A stretch of DNA of 64,000 nt, taken from contig NC_086376.1 of the NCBI RefSeq assembly GCF_036588685.1, positions 44,702,001 to 44,766,000 of the forward strand, in the 5' to 3' direction. Shown in pieces: positions 51,077 through 64,000 of this stretch. This DNA comes from Mytilus trossulus. Taxonomy: Eukaryota. Position 1 is the first letter of the stretch; each line of letters begins with the position of its first letter. A program made the translations under genes and the position numbers. The notes below the pieces were generated by a model. That model saw only the letters and a list, made by a program, of their open reading frames with translations, was not told where the DNA came from and did no database searches.

Positions 51077-54000
51077 GAGCCAGTCTGTGATAAAACCATG
51101 CAAAATGGTCCAAATCCAAAATATTCCAATCAGGCTGATATTTTGTATTTTAGATACCTTGTTATATGTAATAACTATTTGTGCAAAATATTTTGAAAAA
51201 ATATTCAGCCATTATATTTGTGTATGCCGAACATTCGAAAATTGTCCATTTCTGTACTGACAAATGGCCATTTTAAGCCTATTTTAGGGTATTTTGACCT
51301 GATTTTTTTTTGTTTTATAGAAAAAATTTAGCTTAATGATAACATATATCTTAACAAACAACTTGAAATGAAAGGAAATTATGATAATTCAAAAAGTTGT
51401 GAGATTTCTCAATACCCCTACTGACAGGTTGAAATTGCATGGTTTTGAAAAAGTGCCGATTCAGCAAAATTTGTATATTTTTAAAGGCTTGAATCTTGTA
51501 AGATCATGTTTTATTTTCAAAAAAATGTAATATTTCATGAAGCTTATATATTCATCTACAAAATGCTAGAAAATGGTGCTCGGCAAATGATACCTTATTA
51601 CGATAAATTAATAATTAAAGATAGGCGTGATGGCCATTTTGCCGATTTTTTGATTTTTTGATCTGTTTCAATAGAATCTTTTCAAAAGTATGTGATAGTC
51701 AAAATATAAGAAAAAAAAACTGAACTAATGTTAACTGGTTATATTAATTGAATAAACCAAGTTCAACTAAGTTTAAATTAGAAAATATACTAATGGAGTA
51801 AACCCGGGGAGAGCGCTTTTTTGCATTTTTTGCCCCTAAACTGAGCATTTTTACAATATGTTTAAAATATTAACCTATTCAAAAGAAAATAACTTTAGTA
51901 ACTTAAAAAGGGGCTGTTTTATTTACAATACTATGCACACTCATCAGGTAAGTATCACCACGAGTTCTTCACAAATTTAGCATTTTATAATAGTCTAGTT
52001 TTTAGACGCTTTTTGTCTAAATTCAAAGTGGCCACAATTGAGTTCAGTCTTAATTTTTTAAAACATGTTGTATTTGATAATGATTCATAAATGTGAAAGC
52101 CTTGTACATTCATGTAATCTATTTCCAGAAAAGAGGAAGATTTAATAGTTTTGTGAATTTCATAGAATTGTGCCTCTTACCTAGAAAAGTGCTATATTTT
52201 CTATATTATGATACAGTTTTATGCCAAATATAAAGAGACTACTCCTAGAAGTTCCTGATAAAACTGCAACTGAAATTTTGTGACGCTGACATGAACCAGT
52301 TGGTTATCCCTATGTCAATTTTGGGATAACAGTGGACATAACAGTAATGTTAAGTTTCCTCCTAGAATGTAATCTCTAGCAATTTGAGGCTTGGGAATAA
52401 GACATGTAAAATATAGTTGACCTATTACTAAAAGCTGAGACAAGCACAAATATTTCAAATTGCAATAAAATTTATTTCATAACCACATGTAATAACCAGA
52501 TGCTCCGCAGGGTGCAGCTTTATACGACCGCAGAGATTGAACCCTGAACATTTGGGGCAAGTATGGACAGAACATTTAAGCTTGATATAGCTCTGAATTT
52601 GGATTGGGATTATACAGTTGACAAAACACAATGGGTGTGGTCTAAGAACTTAAAAACTTAAAAAAAATTAATTTAACATTTACCTATTATATCCAAAATC
52701 TAAATGCATGGTTATATTCAGCATATCATAGAACCCCAAGAATTCAATTTTTTGATGAAATCAAATAATGTTCAATTTTAGACCCTTAAGACCTCAATTT
52801 GGACCAATTTGATAACCTGTCCCAAATATTAAAAAACTAAATACATGGTTAGATTCAGCATATTGAAAAAAACATATATTCAATTTTGTTGAAATAAAAA
52901 AAAATCAATTTTGGACCCCGATTTGGACCAACTTGAAAAATAGGCCCATAAAAAAAATCTTAGTACATTTTTAGATTCAGCATATCAAAGAACCCCAAGA
53001 ATTAAATTTTTGTTAAAATCAAACTTAGTTTAATTTTGGGCCCTTTGGACCTTGATGTAAACCAATTTGAAAACAGGACCAAAAATTAAGAATCTCAATT
53101 CACTGTTAGATTTGGCATATCAAAGAACCCCAATAATTCATTTTTTTATGAAAGCAAACAGTTTAATTTTGGACCCTTTTTGGCCCCTAATTCATAAACT
53201 GTTGGGACCAAAACTCCCAAAATCAATCCCAACCTTTCTATTATGGTCATAAACCTTGTATTTAAATTTGATAGATTTCTAATTACTTATACTAAAGTTA
53301 TAGTGCGAAAAACAAATGTCTTTGGATGACGACGACGATGACAACAACAACGTCATACCAATATAGGACCATTTTTTTCAATTTTTGCGGTTGTATAAAA
53401 ACTAATATACACAGATAAATGGTTAAACTGTTGAGCAGACATACAATTACCCTACCACGTCCACTTGTATTTTTGTCCATCGGATGAGTTAAGCCATTTT
53501 CAACTGATTTGTATAGTTCGTTCTTATGATTTACTGTTATACCACTGTGCCTGGTTAGGGGGAGGGTTTGGATCCTGCTTACATGTTTAACCCCGCCACA
53601 TTATTTATGTATGTGCATGTCCCAAGTCAGGAGCCTGTAATTCAGTGGAAGTCGTTTGTTTATGTGTCACATATTTGTTTTTCGTTCATTTTTTATATAC
53701 TTAAGGCCGTTAGTTTTCTCATTTGAATTGTTTTACATTGTCTTATCGGGGCCTTTTATAGCTGACCATGCGGTATGGACTTTCCTCATTGTTGAAGGCC
53801 GTTACAGTTACCTATAGTTGTTAATGTATGATTTTGGTCTCTTAATTGCAGACAGTTGTCTCATTGGCAATCATACCACATGAATTTTTTTATATTGTCA
53901 TTAAAATGGTAAGATTTTACTGCTCATATACATGTAATATTATTGTGGTCTACCGTAAAGAAAAATGTGCAAAATGGTCTAAATACAAGTTTTTAGTCAT

Positions 54001-56598
54001 GAATGAACATGATGAAGGTATTAGCAAAAAAGAGTAAAAGTATGATAGATCTAAAAAAAAAGTTTCACATAATAAAGTCATCAATATCTATTTTAACTAA
54101 TTAAAATATTAAACAATTTTGCAGCATCAGAGCTGAACATTTTTTGATAAAAAAACAAAGATTCTGCGAGTAATACATGGCAATACATAGTCCCCAACCC
54201 GTTACAAATTCATTGTAATGGAACAAAAATTTGATCTATAATTTGTCATAATGTAAACTACCTAAAAATATCGAGACAAAATCTTCCAGCAAAACGTAAA
54301 AACTTGTTGAATTCTGACTCTCAGTGAATTTTCTATGTCCAAAGACAACAACGCTACACACAGTTATCAGACTGGAACAAAATTGAATCACTAAATTCCA
54401 AAGAAAAGAAAAAAAACATTCAAAATGTCATTTTGTCTTTAAAAAAATGAGTTATTTCCGTTTGAACAGAAGTCTTCTAATGAACAAGTATTTCATCAAA
54501 GTTTAATTCTAGAGAAAGGGCTTCAACTGAACAAAGAGAAAAGCTTAAAGCCTGAATAATGAATTTGACCTGCAACTTGTCATGATAAATCAAATCAAAA
54601 TCTACAAGCACAAAAAGTCTGATTTGCCGAACTGACAGATAGACAGACACGCAGTGCAAACCTAAGTCCACTTAGACGTTAGCCGTTAGGGGACTAAAAA
54701 TCAAAATCTCAAAGTATCAACAAACACGAAAGAGATGCTCTTTTGAGAGGGAACAATGAAGATAATTTTGGAAAAGCTTTCGATTTTTGAAGAAGTAGGG
54801 TTACCTCAAATGTCTTTCTTTTATCTTGTTTAATCTGAGATATAAATCAAAAACTTGTATATGGCACATTATATATGCAAGCATAATCTTTTTTCGTAGA
54901 TAAAAAAAAAGGCCACATTTTTTTTACATACGCTCTAATAGACACAACTTTCTAATCAAGACACTCAATGAGTGATTGGCCCTATAATTGGTTGCATTCC
55001 AATCAAAAGTTTCAAAGAGGAAGATTTTTTGAAGTACAAGTATGTTCACAACTCTGTTTCATATAACAAGTATTTTAAAAGACTGTCATCAATTGAAAGT
55101 ATGTGAAAACCAGGTGCTCCGTAGGGCGCAGCTTTATACAACCGCATTGAACAGTTGGGGCAAATTAAATATGGTCACAATGTTCAAGCTTGATGCTGTC
55201 TGAATTTGGATTGTGATTGAATTTTTGACCAAAAAAAAGGATTTTTGTTACAAAATAAAAGTGGCCAAAGATCAACAAATCGATTTCTTCTGGAAAATTT
55301 TCTAAATTTGAAATTTGAAAAATTAAAAAAAAGAAAAAGAAATCCCTTAATTTTTTTAACAAATCCCCCCCAACTTATTGAAACCCCCCTTTCAGCAATA
55401 ACCCTTAAAACAATCCCATCCTTTCCTTTTTAGTATAGAACCTTGTAGTACAATTACAGAGAGATCCATATACATGTACTTAAACCCAAGTTATTGTTTG
55501 GAAACTAGAAATGTGCTTCTTTTCGGCCCTTTTTTTGGCCCCTTATTGATACATATTTTGGGCAATTAATCCAAAACTAAATCCCAGCCTCCCCTTTGTT
55601 ATATGGAGCATTGTGGTACAGTTTGAAAGAGATCTATACAATTACACACAAGTTATCATCTTGAAATAAGAAAAATGCTTGTTTTGGGCCCCTTTTTGGC
55701 CCTTTATTCCTTACTTTGATTCCATGACCCATTTAAAGGAATCCAAACCTTCTACTTGTGGTTTTAAACATTATGATACAATAACAGAGCAATTTAAATA
55801 CTTATACACAAGTTATTATCCTTAAACTATAAAATGCTTTTTTTGCGGCCCCTTTAGGGCCCTTAATTCCTCAACAGTAGGGACCATCACCCCCAAAATC
55901 GTTCCAAAGCTTCCTTTTGTGGTATTGAACCTTCTGAGATAAAAAATCATAAAGATCTATACACTTTAACTAAAGTTATTGTCCGAAATATAAGTCTACT
56001 TTGATCAATTCTAGTTAAAATGTTAAGGGCCAAAACCTATTACAATAGTGCATTTTATAGATATTTGGGGGCATTTTTTACTAACTTCCCATTATTTGCC
56101 AAGCTAAAATTTTTTACTTGTCTTAGAACTGATATGCACCTTTAAAATAATCCTAAAAGGTTAAAAAAAAAATATGATCTTGAGAGAAAACACCTACTGA
56201 GTACATGTACTACATGCAAGTTATCTAATACATCTGTTGCACGAATCTCTCTGGCAACCTGCCAAAAGGTAAAAAGTATGTCAAAATGCATTTTTCTTTT
56301 TTTTTATAATGTTCTTTGCAAAATATAACAAGATAATGCTATATTTAAGAGATATATCAATTATTCAGACCTTTAAAAAGTACCTAAATTTTGGTGATTT
56401 TTTGCATTATTTTTTTATAATTCACAAATATGCAAATGAGGCTGTTAATTGGAAAATAGTGTGAATTAACCAAACAAAATGTTTTATCTTAATTCCTAAA
56501 TACCCAAAGATTTTGGACATATATATAATGTTGCAAAGTTATTACTACCAATTTGGACGAAATTTGAGATTTTGCATGGTTTTATGGCAGATTGACTC
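51077..56598. mobile_element. Region bounded by GAG-starting inverted termini (Sola-like), filled with nested repeats
   Basis: Left TTAA|GAGCCAGTCTGTGATAAAACCATGCAAAAT vs right end reverse complement CTAA|GAGTCAATCTGCCATAAAACCATGCAAAAT. Confidence 0.55.
52494..53400. mobile_element. Helentron/HINE-like non-autonomous element with internal ~130-bp tandem repeats
   Basis: Sub-terminal inverted motif TTTATACGACCGCA / TGCGGTTGTATAAAA; four internal repeats; GAC microsatellite near end; related copy ~55108-55990. Confidence 0.65.
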
Positions 56599-56602
56599 TT
56601 AG

Positions 56603-56953
56603 AAAGAATGTAAGATAATTCATACAACGGCCTTTGAAAAATTGGAAAGATATCTTCAAGTCTATTAGGATATGAAAGTCTTCTCAAAACTATACAAAGC
56701 CCTTCTATGCCACTTGCAACTGTTCCATTGTTACATACAATTTTTGGTGGGATTCCCAAAGCAACACGCAGTCTATCAATGTCCTGTTTCTCAAATCGAA
56801 CATAAATTTGCATTGTTCATTAGTGAGAACCTCCAAATTAATTTTTTCTCCACTGTATACATTGCCGTGAGACTGGTTCATTTCAGTTGAAATAAGGACC
56901 AACTCGTCCTTATCTTCAATAGCAGACAACAAGAGAATCTCGGCAGAAGACAT
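56603..56953 (-). pseudogene. PIF/Harbinger-superfamily transposase N-terminal fragment (frameshifted, truncated)
   Basis: EQCKFM/RFEKQDIDRLRVALGIP...NGTVASGIEGLCIVLRRLSYPNRLED HTH-region motif. Confidence 0.75.
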
Positions 56954-57528
56954 ATTGAGCAAGAAGAAAGTGAGGAATAAGCCAGCCAATGAAATTGTTG
57001 TTTTCAAAACCGCAATTCAGTCATACAAGTATCCGTACACGTAAAAAAATCTCAAGCAAGCACTAGATATTTCTTCCGTGTACGTCTAGCTACACGTACC
57101 AGTACACGTACGACAGCGTAATCTCAACCAAAAAATCTAGACGGAGATTTTCATTATATCTTTAATCGTGTATTCACATATACATGATATATATAATTGT
57201 TTGTATTTTACTACATGTACCATATGTATAGCAAAATGTTTATCCATTCGGTCATTACCATTTATTGTAAATGCGATTGTGCCAATAAAAATATTGTCTA
57301 TTGCCTATTGTCTATAATGTCTGTTGTTAGATTGCTGTTTGTTTGTGTGTTTGTTATCAATCGAAGTAATAGTTATGTTTTGTTTGTTTTTTATGCAAGT
57401 TGGTATTTAGTCATATCCTATCTTTAAAAAAATATTCTTGTGAAAACTTGGGCTCTCTTGTCCTTCCGCTTTCACTTTCGTTTTGGATTTTCCAAACTTT
57501 CCAAATTTTCTTCGAAGCATCTGAAGCA

Positions 57529-57613
57529 ATGGATGACAGAAAAGCCGACAACATTGACAGAAAGGATGAATTATCCGATCTCGATTGCAAACATGAAACA
57601 TATAGCTCTATGG
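57529..57613 (+). CDS. Caspase, probable first coding exon
   Basis: GCAATGG start; MDDRKADNIDRKDELSDLDCKHETYSSM G|GTATAA; phase fits via the 25-nt exon. Confidence 0.55.
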
Positions 57614-58614
57614 GTATAACAAAGAATCTTTAAGTCAAACTGTTTAGAGTGTTCTTGTTCCTGGGACTATTAATAATAATATTATACTATTAATTTAAGG
57701 TACATGTAGATAGGGTGTCTTCCTCCATCTTGGATTTGGAAATACCAGAAGACAAGGTCTAGATCAATTAAGTGTAATAATATGATAAATTATACTGTTC
57801 CTATAAAATTGCCTACTTCTTTATGTGTGTGCAATATTTTATTATAATCGGGGTTGACTTTGCTTAGTAATGGTCTTCAGGTGGCATGCATGCAGTAGCA
57901 TATGACTTAGTAAAATATGTATACATGTAGGTTCCACAATTAAAATTACCCCCCCCCCCCTTCATCTGCCTATGAAAACAGAAAAAAATAAAATAATCCC
58001 ACTATCAGGGCATTGAAATCTCAACAGATAGAACAGGCAAAATATGGTCAACATCAAATTCTTTTTTAATGAAGCTATCCAGTTGCAGATCCAGAAATTT
58101 ACATAAGGGAGGTGGGTGCCCACTCCAGTCATGCTTCAGTGATTCCCTATATAATAAACCAATTTTTTCCTACAAAAAGACAGGTGAAGGGAGGGGAACT
58201 ATACCCCTTAATCTGCCTCTGGTACCAATATAGATTAGTTAGAAATATATACACAGTTAGGAGTGTTGTTTGTTTAACATTTTCGCCCCGTGGATTTTTC
58301 ATATAAAAGATATTGTGCAATAGCATGCATATTAAGACGGCTGAGTACTAATTAAGCCTTTAAAGTTGGTTTAAAAGATCACCAAGAGTATTTTTTTACA
58401 TCTTCCATGTCTTCTTTGGCCTATTATTTTTCTGTTTGACTGTTTTTATTTTCATAGTAAGACAAGGTCCAGAAATTAATGTACACAAATATATGCAAAT
58501 TGTTGCCAAAAACATTAAAGAAATGATATTTTAACTACTGGAAATCAAATCTATGGAAGATACTGATTACAAACATGTATGCAGTAAGCTTAATTTGTAT
58601 AAAAGTAAGAAAAT

Positions 58615-59004
58615 AGACCACTTTCGAGTTCATCCGTCACCGGAAAAAACTTGTCAATTATACGCGCCTTTATCACCGTCATTTGTGCGTTTAGGGGCGT
58701 CGTCACTTCCTTCCAATGTTGAGCGAGTGGTTGGAAAACTATAATTCTATATTGTACGAATTATTCGGCAAATTGAATTCTCAAAATTGACAATCAACAC
58801 TGCTGTCATTAGGGAATTGTCAGTAAGTGCCTACAGAGCAACCATTATTTCTAGTTTATCCTGCACAAAGACGATCACTAAGACGCTTGATGAACGTAAA
58901 TAGTGCAGGGATACAGGCGAGCCCCTCTATCTGGTAAATGACGTCATAAAGGCGTGTATAATTGACGAGTTTTTGCCGGTGACGGATGAACTCGAAAGTG
59001 GTCT
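58615..59004. mobile_element. 390-bp MITE with ~60-bp TIRs (AT-flanked, Harbinger/ISL2EU-like)
   Basis: AT|AGACCACTTTCGAGTTCATCCGTCACCGG ... CCGGTGACGGATGAACTCGAAAGTGGTCT|AT. Confidence 0.85.
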
Positions 59005-59191
59005 ATTGTAATGGTTAAATTTATGAGAGTAAATGTTTACATTTTTTTCTTAACTGTCAATTGTAAGTCTGTTGATTATCCAATACTGTAACTAATGAGT
59101 CATCCATACAATTATACTTTTAAGAATGTATATCTTTGCTGAAACATTTTCATTAGTTGTTTACAATTGTAAATCCATGCTTATTTTGCAG

Positions 59192-59216
59192 ATGGATTGG
59201 GGAAAAACATAAAAAA
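59192..59216 (+). CDS. Caspase, 25-nt microexon
   Basis: ttattttgcag|ATGGATTGGGGAAAAACATAAAAAA|gtaagt; converts phase 1 to phase 2. Confidence 0.6.
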
Positions 59217-59822
59217 GTAAGTAGGTATTTAATATATCAGTAAAGGTTTGACACAAACTAAATTAAAAATAAACTGACTATGCTGTGGCTAAAAAAGAGA
59301 AATACAAGTAGACAGACTATAGAACACAAAACACAACAGTGAAAACTAAAAACTAAACAACACGAACCAAACCAAAAACTGGTGATGATTTCAGGTGTAG
59401 GGTTAGCAGATACTGCTCCACATGTGTCACATGTGTTGTTGCTGACATTGGAGTACAAACCTGGTAACTAGTCTAATTCAGTTGGTCACATTTGTGAAAA
59501 GGGGTCTGGATTTTGTCACAACATATCCACTATCATCTGTGAAATAGATATTTCATTGAACATGTGTCAAATAAACTCACCATAGACACAAAGATATTGC
59601 AGTTGCGCCCTAAAACTGTCTAAAATAATCTAATTTTTTTTAAATTTGTTTTGCATCTTTTATCAATTTCTGGTCAATAAGTCTTGATTTGCAGACTTAA
59701 AAAAATAAATAAAAGTCAGGAGATAAAATCTAAGTTCTATTGTTTAAGATATGTTTATACATATCTTTATACATACGCAATCATGTATCATGAATCTACC
59801 ATATGAATTATTTTTTTAACAG

Positions 59823-60340
59823 ATTTTTCGGCATCAGTAAAAGTGATAGTTCTCAAACTTACACTGCAAATGTGATTCCTGCTGGGGGTGCTGAAGATAA
59901 CCCACATCAATCAACCATTACAGAGGCCACAACGCCAAAAGATTCAAGGAGAGAGACTGGTGATAGAAATGAAGGAAATGAGGATTCATCTACAACAGTT
60001 GTTTACAAAGACACAGGAAAAGCCATGAAAGCTAGCAATTCTCAAACTTCTCAATCCTTACAAGCTACAGGTGGAATAGGAGCTAATTCACCAGAGCAAA
60101 GTCCAAACCTATCTGTAAACACACAATATATTATCTCCCCTGATGAAAAAAATAAGAGACCAGGTTTAGCCCTCATCATCACAGGACAGAAATTTGCAAT
60201 AGGGAATGGGGATGTCAGAAATGGTGCTGAAAAAGATCTGAGGAATATGTTTGAAATCTTTTACAATTTAGATTTTGAGGTTAGATGGGAACCATTTGCC
60301 AATAGAACTACAGAAGATTTAAAAAATGAATTAATTAAAT
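59823..60340 (+). CDS. Caspase exon: low-complexity prodomain and start of large subunit
   Basis: RPGLALII...F...RNGAEKDLRNM..IF..LDFEV; ends |GTAAGT. Confidence 0.88.
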
Positions 60341-60990
60341 GTAAGTATATTATTATGTAGTTTAAGGCTGGAAATAGAGCAAAAAACCAATGTGAAGCTA
60401 TTACTAAAATAATTTAGGGGAGCAAAGTCAGAAGGACCTTAACAGAACAGATATCTATTTGTCTAAAGGAGAAGAGCCAGACACCACAATAAAGACCCTT
60501 GTTAGGCAAGTCATATCTCTGTGTCAACTGTTTATCTATATTATGTGAACATTTTATGGTGTTCCAGGGTTGGCTGGATAAGCTCCTGCAGATACACTTG
60601 ACATTATTGAGACAGAAAATTTTAAAAGAACTCAAATTCAAAAAAACCCAGCACAATTGTTTTTAGTCAAAAATGTATGTTTAAATGTTTTTTTAACATC
60701 AGAAAAAGCATTGTGAGTTGATAGCTAAATTTAATTGTTAATACCCACACTTGAAGAAAGGGGTACACTTGTTTACCGCTGTCTGTCCATTATTCTGGCA
60801 AACTATGCCGGCTTCATGAAATGTAGTATCAAGCTGTCAGTGATGCATTTTTACTTTTATTTCTCATCAACTTAATTTTTTCAAAATACTTTTAATAGTG
60901 AGAAACTGGCAACAGTAAATCTTGTGTTTATAATAAACAATCTTGTATAAGTTTCAAATAACTAGTGTATATAGTAATGTTTCTCTTCAG

Positions 60991-61229
60991 GTGCTGAAGA
61001 CCCAACATTAGAACAAAAAAAGTGTTTAGTAATTGTTATCACATCACATGGAGGAGAAGTAAAGCTTGGAAGACCATACAGACCAGAGAACATTCCCCAT
61101 GATATCAATGTATATGGGCATGCCATCAATACATATGATGGAATGATGCCTACTAATGAAATATTAGAAATATTTGATGTGGACAGCTGTCCATACATGG
61201 AAGGAAAACCAAAACTTTTATTCATTCAG
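60991..61229 (+). CDS. Caspase exon with catalytic His
   Basis: CLVIVITSHG...CPYMEGKPKLLFIQ|GT. Confidence 0.92.
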
Positions 61230-61429
61230 GTGATAATGTCAATGCTTTGTTGTTTTAAATCTTAAAGATAATTTTTTTTATATCGTTCCAGTTACTAAGA
61301 CACTAGAATAAAAGAATTTCTTCTCACATGCAACATACTTTATTGTTTTGTATATATGCATGATCTGTTGTTTTGTCTTGTCTGCTTCTTTCTGTCTTTT
61401 CTATCTGCCTTTTATGGTAATTCTTTGTT

Positions 61430-62170
61430 TAAGAATTGAATGCTTCTTTTTGTAAATTTATTGGGTGGTAAAAGCGTTGACCGAAGTACATTTTGTATGA
61501 AGCACGGAAGCGCTTCATTCTAAAAATGTAGGCACGGTCAACGCTTTTACAACCCTATAAAGTTTCAAAAAGAAGTATTCAATACTTATAATTACATTTT
61601 TTTAGCTAAAATCATGAAAACAAGATTTTTATCCAGTTTTATTTAATTCACCTGTGCACTTTTTTGTGGGACCTCGTGTCATCATGCATGATAAATGTTA
61701 TTGTCTGATGCAATTGTTTACGGAATAAAATGTTAGCCAATCAGAATAACGTATTATAATGAAACTTACATCTAATGTAATTATTTTCTTTTGAAATACA
61801 TATCAGCATTGTACATATAGATTCTACCACTGCATCGAGTGTAATAAGATATTTATCGACTCAAGACAGTTAGATTTTTAAGTATTTAAAATTTAACTGT
61901 CAAAAAGTGGATAAATATCGTATTACACGAGATTCGGAGTTGGAATCTGTTTCTCTAATGATTGTCTAACAGTATGCAGGCAAACCTATTCATTCTTTTT
62001 GAATGATCTTCAAAAAGATGTGTTCTCTCTATGTGACGTCATCAGACATGGTCGCCTTTTTTTATGCCATCACAATAGGAATTTCAGAGGAAAGTAAGAA
62101 AATTCAACATCATAATCAGATTTTAACCAATGAAGTACTGAGATCAAACGAACCACATGTTGATTAAATT
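61430..62170. mobile_element. Two adjacent Crypton-like hairpin-ended elements in a caspase intron
   Basis: Imperfect palindromes ~61431-61587 and ~61819-61948; AGCCAATCAG / AACCAATGA distal motifs. Confidence 0.45.
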
Positions 62171-62337
62171 TTTTTGTATACAAAGGGTGCAGAAAGGAAT
62201 AAATTGACTAAGAATTCGAGAAATGCCTGTAATCAATTATCAGCTGTTCTAGAGATTAAATGCTACTATTTATATGTCATCATAGTAAAACTTTTTTTTA
62301 TTGATTTTATAAATGTTTTGTATTACTTATTTTCCAG

Positions 62338-62575
62338 GCTTGTCGATCCAGAAATAACATCAAGTCAGTAGACAAAGGAGTCGATATTAGGGTAGCACAA
62401 AAACAAGACACCCTTATAAAACAGACAAATGACTTCTTCTCCACAATGGATGTACGTCACAAGGAAGAGACAAGTGAAGATGTGACCAAAACTATATATG
62501 ATACAGTCACAATGAAAGACATGCTACTGACGCCTTGTTATCAAGACTTTATGGTTGCTTTTGCTAGCACTGAAG
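62338..62575 (+). CDS. Caspase exon with catalytic Cys, linker and start of small subunit
   Basis: ttccag|ACRSRNN...PCYQDFMVAFASTE G|GT; gene continues past this point. Confidence 0.92.
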
Positions 62576-64000
62576 GTATAATTTTTACAAGTATAGAAAA
62601 TCAGTTCAGAGTTCGTATTTACCACTGTTTTTGGGATACGATTGCTGTCAAGCAATCTGTAGACTTTTACCATTGACCCTATGACACACTCCCTCACGTC
62701 ATTCGTTTTATTCTAAACATTCGGCAACATCTCAGATTCTTATGATTGTCTTGCTTTAAAAGGTAAAAACAAGCAAAACAATTGAACATAAACAACTTTC
62801 CTGTAATGTTTTACTCATAATCTTCATGTGTGATATTTTCCTTGACTTATATGCGTGTTTTTAACAATACGGAAAATCAGAATTAAACAGTATTTATATT
62901 AAGTGTTTTTATAAATTTAGAAACACGTCAGAGGGAATTCCCAAATTTTGATAACTTGCGAGAGTTCTCTGAAAGCCGATCGATAATTCTATTTCTGTCA
63001 CAAGAACTGAAGTGGAGTATTTCTATATTTTACCGTTATGAAACTGATATTTGATACTGTACTCTCATAAAGAAATGGAGAACCATTCATCATATCATTT
63101 AATAAACGTTCTTGTTCCAAATCGCAAGTCGCGGTTTGTTTATGTATTAATGTCCATGCGTGGTCTCACTAATTAGAGACAAAAAGAATTGTAGAGACAA
63201 AAAGCGTCAAGAAGCGACAAGAAGAATAATATTAGCAACAAGAAACTATTTAGCGACAAGAACACATTTTTTTATTTATATTACTTATTCGAAATAAATA
63301 TTAAAAAAATATGCAAAAGAAAACAATTTCAACGACAGAAAAGTTAATTTTGATAGGGGGAAAAATGAAACTTGTAAATCTAATTCAGTTGCTACATTTA
63401 TTTACATGATATTTTATAAGGTATCACAGGAAGTATATTTTGTCTTTTTATTTGTTTTTAAAACCATTTTTGTACAATATATAATTAACTTGCAAAATGC
63501 ATTATTTGTGCATAATAGTCCAGTAAATACATACACAAATTGTGAAATACAAATTAAGAACTGAAATCAAACAAGAGGAAAACATAATTAAAATGTGAAT
63601 ATTTTTCATCATTTTATTTAGTGTATTGTCTCATTGAAAGATATTTATCATGTTTATGCATATAGATTGAAGATTAAAGGAAACTGATGACAATCTTGAG
63701 TTTTCAACAGGTGTTCACTATTCGGTACAATAATTTTATATTCTGGTGCGTGTAATTGATGAAGGTGTTAATGGATGTTATTGTTGCATTAAAACAAAGG
63801 ACACGCACCTAGTTAATCTGATTTGTTGCTCTTAATTGTGTATTACCTTAGAGTGAAGCCACAGCTAATGTTGGTCCTATCAGGAAAAATTAATTGTACA
63901 GTTAGGAAGGAAATAATATTTCATATTTTTGTTTTATTAAATCCTTCAAAAGGAAGGTGACAAATCTTTGTTTTTATTTTCATTTTATAGCGTTTACATT

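Noticed and set aside
63711-64000. Next caspase exon at 63711 or 63991
   Set aside because: 63711 hits a stop after GVHYSVQ; 63991 has a good acceptor but only 10 nt are visible, so it cannot be verified

Overview
AT-rich, intron-containing animal DNA, most likely a bivalve; the repeat families look like Mytilus mussel (inference). Manual splice-aware reading supports five genes. (i) Three divergent two-exon non-Shaker voltage-gated K+ channel paralogues: Kv-A (minus, runs off the left edge), Kv-B (minus, single in-frame TGA in the S4-S5 linker) and Kv-C (plus, intact 491 aa, GFG filter, no PxP gate). (ii) A 10-exon, 480-aa uncharacterised helical (BAR-like?) plus SH3-like gene on the minus strand. 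(iii) A caspase (SHG, QACRS) on the plus strand running off the right edge. The strongest non-coding signal is a dispersed family of minimal type I hammerhead ribozymes (about a dozen copies, two sequence families with covarying stems). One 355-nt unit is bracketed by two ribozymes (retrozyme/circRNA architecture) about 1 kb downstream of Kv-B on the same strand. Also present: a minisatellite built from the Kv-A exon-1 splice donor, a 2.4-kb CAC-ended TIR element, a piggyBac-like element carrying a tRNA-like cassette, a 26-bp palindrome with a 7-bp target duplication, and many MITE, Helentron, Penelope, LINE and Harbinger remnants. All coordinates were read by eye; repeat boundaries are approximate.
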